DNA from: a virus | Direction: 5' to 3' (one strand) | DNA length: 39,936 nt | Virus record (IMG/VR): IMGVR_UViG_3300045988_116279 | Span: 1-39,936 of that record | Shown here: positions 34,354 through 39,936 of the stretch, one piece after another | Layout of the letters: each line of letters starts with the position of its first letter | Numbering within the stretch: the first letter of the stretch is position 1 | Translations under genes and position numbers: made by a program | Notes under the pieces: generated by a model | Seen by the model: only the letters and a program-made list of their open reading frames with translations | Databases searched by the model: none | What the model was told of the DNA's origin: nothing

Positions 34354-34387
34354 CCACAATTAAAGTTATATACCCAATATTTATACA

Positions 34388-35272
34388 TTATTTTTCAAAT
34401 ACTTCTACATATTTTGGTGATGCTGTTATATATACTCCTGATTTTAATTTATACATATCTGTTCCAGTTCTCTTAATTTTTTGAGTTATAGTAAATACAT
34501 CTCCTTTTTCAACTTCTCCTACTACACTGCTTGAATTAAAATCAGCTTTATTATGTATGTTTATTTTGTCTGCTATTACTCTAAGATATTTTGTTTTATT
34601 ATCTGTATTTTTTGCCATATAAGTTACACCTAATTGTTCACATACACCTCTTGCTGTTGCTTCAGCACATTTTTCAATATAATCCTCGTCTAACATGTGT
34701 TTAGCTTCTTTCCAATAATCCATGAATCCATATTCTATTAAAATAGCTGGTGCGTTTGTTTGTCTAAGTATTGCAAGAGTGAATCCACACATTTCAGTAT
34801 CCTGTACTACCCCGTAATCTTTTTCCGGTTTAAGTGCTTCTTTTAACTCTGCGTGTACATGTTTCGCAAGTGATACAGACTTAGAAGAACAACCTTTAGT
34901 TTTTAAGACAAGAAGTCCTTTTACTCTAGTTTGGAATTTCAAACAATTCCCACTAGCGTTGAAGTGATTAGATACAACTAAATCTACGCCTAAACTATTA
35001 AGATGTTTTGCTCTAGTACCTAAAGGTGTATCTGTTTTATCTTTAAATCCAGAATATGCAACGCCGATGTTACATCTTTTAAGTGCATCACCTAATGCAT
35101 ATGATACCTTTTTATTAAATTCGTATTCATGTATAGTTTGTCCTTTCTTTTTAAGGACATTTCCTTGTTTGTCTTTTATATCTGCTAATAAAGGTGGAGT
35201 TCTTTTCCCATCTGTCACTAAACTGTGACCCGCATCTATACCTACTAAATATTTACTCATATTATCACTCAC
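34388..35272 (-). CDS. Endolysin: N-acetylmuramoyl-L-alanine amidase (Amidase_3) with a C-terminal SH3b-like domain
   Basis: VGIDAGHS..., SNHFNA, and LIEYGFMD motifs. The C-terminus is an SH3-like YLRVIADKINIHNKADFNSSSVVGEVEKGDVFT. Confidence 0.9.
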   Translation of the reverse strand: MSDNMSKYLVGIDAGHSLVTDGKRTPPLLADIKDKQGNVLKKKGQTIHEYEFNKKVSYALGDALKRCNIGVAYSGFKDKTDTPLGTRAKHLNSLGVDLVVSNHFNASGNCLKFQTRVKGLLVLKTKGCSSKSVSLAKHVHAELKEALKPEKDYGVVQDTEMCGFTLAILRQTNAPAILIEYGFMDYWKEAKHMLDEDYIEKCAEATARGVCEQLGVTYMAKNTDNKTKYLRVIADKINIHNKADFNSSSVVGEVEKGDVFTITQKIKRTGTDMYKLKSGVYITASPKYVEVFEK

Positions 35273-35281
35273 TTTCTTATA

Positions 35282-35539
35282 TTACTTATTTTCTATAAAA
35301 CTTTTAAATACTTGATGTAAACCTGTTGAAGTTAATCCTGATAACATACCAGATAATATTATTTCTACATTTAGATCCTTAGTTATCCAAATATTTAGTA
35401 ATACACCTATTGCAGCTAAAATTGTAGGGATATATTTATTATCTACATCTTTAACCCATTTTTTTAATATATAGCCTATGCATAAGCATACTCCAATTAT
35501 TGTTGTTACTAAGTATCCATTTAAAACTGTAAAATCCAT
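35282..35539 (-). CDS. Holin
   Basis: 85 aa with 2-3 TM segments. The start is moved to ATG 35539 (MDFTVLNGY...), which has AGGAGG 6 nt upstream. The track start at 35575 lacks an RBS. Confidence 0.75.
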   Translation of the reverse strand: MDFTVLNGYLVTTIIGVCLCIGYILKKWVKDVDNKYIPTILAAIGVLLNIWITKDLNVEIILSGMLSGLTSTGLHQVFKSFIENK

Positions 35540-35549
35540 AATAAGCCTC

Positions 35550-35780
35550 CTAAAATATATTGTTTTGCACTGCATAAAAAAAGAAGCTAATAAAAGCTCC
35601 TACCAGTGCAGTAATAAACCATTTCAAAGTTGATGTCAATGCTTTTAGATTGTCACATAAATTCTTTATTTCAACTTTTAAACTTATGCTTTCCTGTTTT
35701 AGTTTATCTATCTCCTCCGAATGGCTATTAAGTCGTCTTTCAATTCTATTTAACGAATCCCTTAAATGTTCTTCGTTCAT
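35550..35780 (-). CDS. XhlA-like (hemolysin XhlA family) lysis-associated membrane protein
   Basis: 76 aa with an N-terminal coiled coil and a single C-terminal TM. It sits directly upstream of the holin. Confidence 0.7.
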   Translation of the reverse strand: MNEEHLRDSLNRIERRLNSHSEEIDKLKQESISLKVEIKNLCDNLKALTSTLKWFITALVGAFISFFFYAVQNNIF

Positions 35781-35887
35781 ATTAGCTCCTTTCTGTAAAT
35801 AAAAAGAGCAGCTAAATTAATAACTACTCTTATGATTCTATTGCTATTACATTTTCTTACTTATCCACAGTTATGATTTCTAATATT

Positions 35888-36214
35888 TTATAAATCTTCT
35901 TCATATAAATTTAAACTAACTGGAATTTTATTAACATTATCACAATGTGGACATTTTGAGCTTACTTCTGCTTCAAATCTATAATTTTTTTTATGATTAA
36001 AATCATAACTTACTGATCTTTGAGAGTTAAATATTATAGAAACATCATTATTATTAGTGTCTACTGTATATTCTTTTCCACATAAAAAACAAAATCCATT
36101 TATTTTTAAGTCCTTGCACAATTTATTTTTTATTCGTATAGGTTTATTAATTTTTGTTTTCCACATACCATAATTATTTTCATATTCTTCTTCATAAAAA
36201 TTCATATGTTTCAT
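35888..36214 (-). CDS. Hypothetical zinc-ribbon protein (moron-like)
   Basis: 108 aa with CFLCGKEY...CPHCDN. It is flanked by 94-nt and 107-nt non-coding gaps. Confidence 0.55.
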   Translation of the reverse strand: MKHMNFYEEEYENNYGMWKTKINKPIRIKNKLCKDLKINGFCFLCGKEYTVDTNNNDVSIIFNSQRSVSYDFNHKKNYRFEAEVSSKCPHCDNVNKIPVSLNLYEEDL

Positions 36215-36308
36215 CTCCTTCTATATTACAAATAGTATAGAAAAAGGTTAGATTTTGCAATAAAATAGAAAAATATAAATACGCAATATTTTTAAATTGT
36301 GAATTAAA

Positions 36309-38105
36309 TTATACGTTTCTAAATAACTCTACCCATTTATCACCATATTTCATGAAAGTTATGGTTTGGTTTGACTTTATTGTGCATGTATTATTGTCTT
36401 TTAACTGAATGTAAGTTCCATTATTAAATGTCAATATAGCATTTCCATATGGTCGTACAATCACAATTTGTCCTAATACTCCATCTGTGAAATTTGTTAT
36501 TTCATTAGAAGTAAATGTTGTAATATAATTACTTCTCTTTACGCTAGGAGTAGCAGTAGAATCATGCGAAATTCCTATTGAAAAGGGATTTAAAGTTGTA
36601 GAACTATTTGCTAATAGGACTTTGTCTAATTTTTTTACATTATCATAACCTTCTGTTAGTGCGCATCCGATAATGAAACCACTTTCAGAGTTATGTGGTT
36701 TATCATTTATATCTATGATACCTCTAATTTTATTACTTGCTGAAACTTCTCCACTTAATATCTTACATTTATCAGTTACCTTTAAAGCATATTTTGAACC
36801 CCATACTAATGTGCCACTTATATTAATTCCTCTACAAAATGCTCCATCAAAATATAAATTTATCCCATTATCAGATTTTTGAGCGTTGTTTTCAATATAG
36901 CATCCTTGCAAATTTATATTGTCTACATCTGTAACATATATACCGTAAAATCTAGTAGTGTTCTCACTATTAGCATTATCTTCAACATCACAATTGATAA
37001 AATTATTCGTAAGAGCAATATGAGAAAAATCGGCACCATTACGTGTTGTATTAATATATAAACCTTCATTTATATTATGCGCCATAACGATATTATAAAA
37101 ACCATTACCATTAAAACAAGTAGCAGCATTTATAGAATCTACTCTAATTCCATTATTGTAGTTGTTACTAACTTCGATATTTTCAAACTTACTAAACGTT
37201 GTTCTGTCTTTAATAAAAATCCCATTTAAAAAATTTGAAATTTTCAAATTTTTTAAATAATGATTATCATTGATAGCATTTACTCCTTTATCATTACCAT
37301 TAATTGATAATCCATTATTATTAGTGAATTCTTTATTTTTTATTTCTATATCTCTTATCTCACAATTATTTATTGAATTGTCTACATATTGTAGATTAAT
37401 AACATCTTTGTCTATATGAGGACTAAATATTGTTTTGCCTATTCCTCCACCTTTGATTCGTATGTAAGGAGTAGATATTATTAAATTAAGTTCATATATA
37501 CCTGGCGGAAAATAAAAATTTTTTATTCCTTTATTTATAGCATCATTAAATAAAGACGTATTATCAAAATTTACTTTTGGTGCTATTCCTAAATCTAAAA
37601 CATTTATATACTCTAAGTTTGTTTTATCGACTTTATTCTTCGTAATATCTTTAAATTGCGAATCAATTTGACTTTTACTATAAGTCTCACTTTTTTTATA
37701 ATAATTTGATAAATCTACTGTCACTTCTCCACCTCCTGTACTTCCACCTGAGCTTCCTGTGCTTTCTCCTATACCTTCTCTTACATCTGCTAACAGCATA
37801 AATGTACTAACTTTGACATCATCTTTTTCTATAGCAAATAGCATTTTAAGTACACCTGATGTTTTTGTTATATCGCTATCTATTACAGCATCAAATGAAT
37901 TATTAGATATATTTGTTACAGATCCATCTATTACTTGTCCATCTGCTCTTTTGTATTTAGCAGTAATAGAGCAACCAGTTAGATTTACTGGTTGCCCATC
38001 TTCATACACATTAATTTTTATTTTATTCCCTCTATCACCTTGAACTAATTTTAGATGTTGAAATTTTTCCTGCTTTAAATCACTCTCTATATCATAATCT
38101 CTCAT
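36309..38105 (-). CDS. Receptor-binding / tail fibre protein: BppU-like N-terminal domain plus right-handed beta-helix (pectate-lyase-like, possible depolymerase)
   Basis: The N-terminus is LKLVQGDRGNKIKINVYEDGQPVNLTGCSITAKYKRADG (BppU_N-like). A Gly/Ser linker GSSGGSTGGGE follows, then repetitive N-rich beta-helix-type repeats (NNGIRV, NEGLYI, NNCEIRDIEI). Confidence 0.75.
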   Translation of the reverse strand: MRDYDIESDLKQEKFQHLKLVQGDRGNKIKINVYEDGQPVNLTGCSITAKYKRADGQVIDGSVTNISNNSFDAVIDSDITKTSGVLKMLFAIEKDDVKVSTFMLLADVREGIGESTGSSGGSTGGGEVTVDLSNYYKKSETYSKSQIDSQFKDITKNKVDKTNLEYINVLDLGIAPKVNFDNTSLFNDAINKGIKNFYFPPGIYELNLIISTPYIRIKGGGIGKTIFSPHIDKDVINLQYVDNSINNCEIRDIEIKNKEFTNNNGLSINGNDKGVNAINDNHYLKNLKISNFLNGIFIKDRTTFSKFENIEVSNNYNNGIRVDSINAATCFNGNGFYNIVMAHNINEGLYINTTRNGADFSHIALTNNFINCDVEDNANSENTTRFYGIYVTDVDNINLQGCYIENNAQKSDNGINLYFDGAFCRGINISGTLVWGSKYALKVTDKCKILSGEVSASNKIRGIIDINDKPHNSESGFIIGCALTEGYDNVKKLDKVLLANSSTTLNPFSIGISHDSTATPSVKRSNYITTFTSNEITNFTDGVLGQIVIVRPYGNAILTFNNGTYIQLKDNNTCTIKSNQTITFMKYGDKWVELFRNV

Positions 38106-38118
38106 AATACACCTCCTA

Positions 38119-39936
38119 TTAACTGTTTAATATACTCCAATAAGTTGAGCTTCTTATATTTGCATCATTTGATTTGAATTTCAAGAAGTTAATTAGAGTT
38201 CCGCCATATTTGATATAATCTTTAAAGGCTGATCTATATGCACTCAATGTTCCATTTTTATATGCCCACTCATAAGATTGAGTATAGCTCCATGCATAAC
38301 CATATCCACTACCATATTCAAGAATATAAACATCTTCTCTTAACGTGTTCTTAAATACTTTTTCAGCATCACTATCGGACTTTGTGCTTACATATAAATC
38401 AAAATCTGTACATCCAACTCCAGTATCGTTAATAGTAAAAACTCCATCTGATTTAACTGATTTTCCATTACCATCTGTAATTGTTCGCCCATCCATTGAA
38501 GCTATATATACTTTTGTTCCATAAGGCAAATTAAAACTTCCACAAGTTTTTGCTAGACTTAATGGTATATTACAAGCTGAACCGCTATCACCTCCATATC
38601 CAGTTATTTTACAATTTTGAAGTTTGTAGATATAGTTATGACCATTTATAGTTCCACTCATATTAAAACAATTTGTATATTCTTCCTTACCTGTTGTTTC
38701 TGTAGAACCTCCTCCAGAACTTCCACCACTTGAACTACTTAAAAACGCTTCTGGATTTACTACCATTACGATATCATCTGCATATTTACTTATCTTATCT
38801 ATTCTCATACCTGCATTAAGAGTTGTTACTCCATCTGTCATTGTATGTTTTTTCGTTGTTACATTTGTACTTTCTATTATAGAGTTTGCATTATAAGTAT
38901 TTGATTGCCCATAACAAATTGCAACGTGTGATACATGCATAAATTCTGTAACTTTTGGTCGCTTCCATTCTCCAGTTGTTGCATCTTTTTTAGCATGGAA
39001 TACAATATATCCTTTTTTAATCTTGCTATAGTTATCTGCTTCTGTACCTATACTTCCTTTTATAACCTTCCCTGTATCTGGATCTTTTAAATAAGTTATT
39101 CCTTTATTCATTCTGTAGAAGTAATTACATATCTCGTATGCATATCTTGCTGCTTTACCGTCCGAACGAGTTGGAACTATCGCCCATTTTGACTCGTCAT
39201 TTTTTTGCAATATATTTGCTCTAAATGCATTAAATAGAGTCTCGTTTTTGTATGGTGATTTCTCATATATAATATGTCTTAACCACATATTTACAGCTGT
39301 TGAACAATCTATAGCTTTATAGTGTCGTGTATTGCCTTTTGTATCTGTCTTCGCAACCCATAAACTATTAGTTACACCTTGTTCAGCTACACAATTTCCA
39401 CTCATTGGAGTATTACTAGAACGATATGTAAAACCTTGTGACCACGATTGACCTGAAACATACTCATTATCACATACTCTATAATAAGTCATAGCAGTTT
39501 CTACTAATTCATCTGCATAAGTAAAATCATTATCTGAGCTTCCACTACTTTCTTTATTTTCACCTTCTACAATCAAACTAATATTATTATAAAAACTATA
39601 TTGTTTTTCTTGCTCTGTTTCTGCCCATAATTCAAGTTGCGTCGCACCTTCTGCTATAGCATTTCGAATAGCATCAGGAAGTGTTATAACATTAGTTTCA
39701 CCTCTAGCAAATTTAACTTGACTATCCCAATAATCTGTTTCTATACCACTACCAACTGCACGTAAAACTGGATGTGGTGTTTTTGAATTATAACCATGTT
39801 CTGTATTTAATCTGGTCATTGATAATTTAACTTCATAATTTTTTTTTGCTTGAATCGATGCAATTATTTGTGCACTTGGGAGTATCATATATCCTCTATG
39901 TGCTTGATATGTCTTAAATCGTCCTTGCCCTGTGTA
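38119..39936 (-). CDS. Tal, C-terminal part: NlpC/P60- or CHAP-like cysteine peptidase plus a 3D (RlpA-like) domain. Bases 39838-39936 duplicate 1-99
   Basis: IDCSTAVNMW (Cys codon at 39306-39304) and FMHVSHVAICYG suggest a papain-like peptidase. A linker SSSSGGSSGGGS follows, then LPYGTKVYIASMDG...INDTGVGCTDFDLYV, a 3D-domain pattern. The frame stays open upstream of the track's ATG at 39888. Confidence 0.85.
   Translation of the reverse strand, partial: YTGQGRFKTYQAHRGYMILPSAQIIASIQAKKNYEVKLSMTRLNTEHGYNSKTPHPVLRAVGSGIETDYWDSQVKFARGETNVITLPDAIRNAIAEGATQLELWAETEQEKQYSFYNNISLIVEGENKESSGSSDNDFTYADELVETAMTYYRVCDNEYVSGQSWSQGFTYRSSNTPMSGNCVAEQGVTNSLWVAKTDTKGNTRHYKAIDCSTAVNMWLRHIIYEKSPYKNETLFNAFRANILQKNDESKWAIVPTRSDGKAARYAYEICNYFYRMNKGITYLKDPDTGKVIKGSIGTEADNYSKIKKGYIVFHAKKDATTGEWKRPKVTEFMHVSHVAICYGQSNTYNANSIIESTNVTTKKHTMTDGVTTLNAGMRIDKISKYADDIVMVVNPEAFLSSSSGGSSGGGSTETTGKEEYTNCFNMSGTINGHNYIYKLQNCKITGYGGDSGSACNIPLSLAKTCGSFNLPYGTKVYIASMDGRTITDGNGKSVKSDGVFTINDTGVGCTDFDLYVSTKSDSDAEKVFKNTLREDVYILEYGSGYGYAWSYTQSYEWAYKNGTLSAYRSAFKDYIKYGGTLINFLKFKSNDANIRSSTYWSILNS
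39838..39936. repeat. Terminal direct repeat, copy 2 (identical to 1-99)
   Basis: See copy 1. Confidence 0.95.

Larger units (their letters stand above)
32998..34372 (+). mobile_element. ISL3-family insertion sequence with unresolved boundaries
   Basis: The transposase gene has its own terminator. There is no convincing IR within the 24 nt upstream of the ATG. The best IR candidates are 32130-32165 versus 34354-34372, which would add the NDT-like gene as a passenger. Confidence 0.4.

Noticed and set aside
32069-35874. 12-nt inverted repeat ATAACTGTGGAT (32069-32080 versus 35863-35874) bracketing the NDT-like gene, IS, lysin, holin and xhlA
   Set aside because: By my rough estimate an exact 12-mer match is expected by chance many times in a 40-kb AT-rich genome. 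The bracketed segment contains essential lysis genes, so a mobile unit is implausible. It is noted only because the related ACTGTGG/ATGTGG/ATTGTGG motifs recur at 32138, 32159 and 34354.
39886-39888. ATG 39888 as the start of a 589-aa protein
   Set aside because: The frame is open upstream through the circular junction, and there is no RBS. The Met is internal to the 1506-aa Tal.

Overview
The window is a complete, circularly closed phage genome. Bases 1-99 are identical to 39838-39936, leaving 39,837 unique bp. It is an AT-rich temperate siphovirus of a low-GC Firmicute (Clostridium-like GGAGG RBSs, mostly TAA/TAG stops). Almost all genes are on the minus strand. In transcription order (descending coordinates) they are: a Cro-like early operon with two antirepressors (28.5-26.3 kb); a replication/recombination module with RecT/Bet, replisome organizer/DnaD, DnaC-like loader, VRR-NUC nuclease and an orphan DNA methyltransferase (25.3-18.4 kb); a RinA/ArpU-like late activator (17.3 kb); a 467-nt non-coding leader; then TerS, TerL, SPP1-type portal, Mu-F/gp7 minor head protein, scaffold, major capsid, connectors, major tail, G/T chaperones, a 1182-aa tape measure and Dit. 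A 1506-aa tail-associated lysin crosses the window junction. After it come a BppU/beta-helix receptor-binding protein and an XhlA-holin-amidase lysis cassette. The plus strand carries the lysogeny and accessory genes: a short CI-like repressor, a DUF4429+SHOCT protein, a large serine integrase with a candidate attP, a nucleoside-2-deoxyribosyltransferase-like moron and an intact ISL3-family transposase. Main points for follow-up: (1) an in-frame TGA splits the conserved HP..RCT motif of the minor head protein, with a 45-codon open extension; (2) the late-operon leader holds a tRNA-like T-arm/acceptor module and an intrinsic terminator, preceded by helically phased TTCCGTAAA repeats; (3) a perfect Gram-positive LexA (Cheo) box precedes a 33-aa ORF beside a CI that appears too short to carry an S24 cleavage domain; (4) the G/T chaperone overlap has +1 rather than -1 geometry; (5) an accessory islet (NDT-like gene plus ISL3 transposase) sits between integrase and lysin. 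All functional calls come from motif recognition by eye and need HMM/BLAST confirmation.
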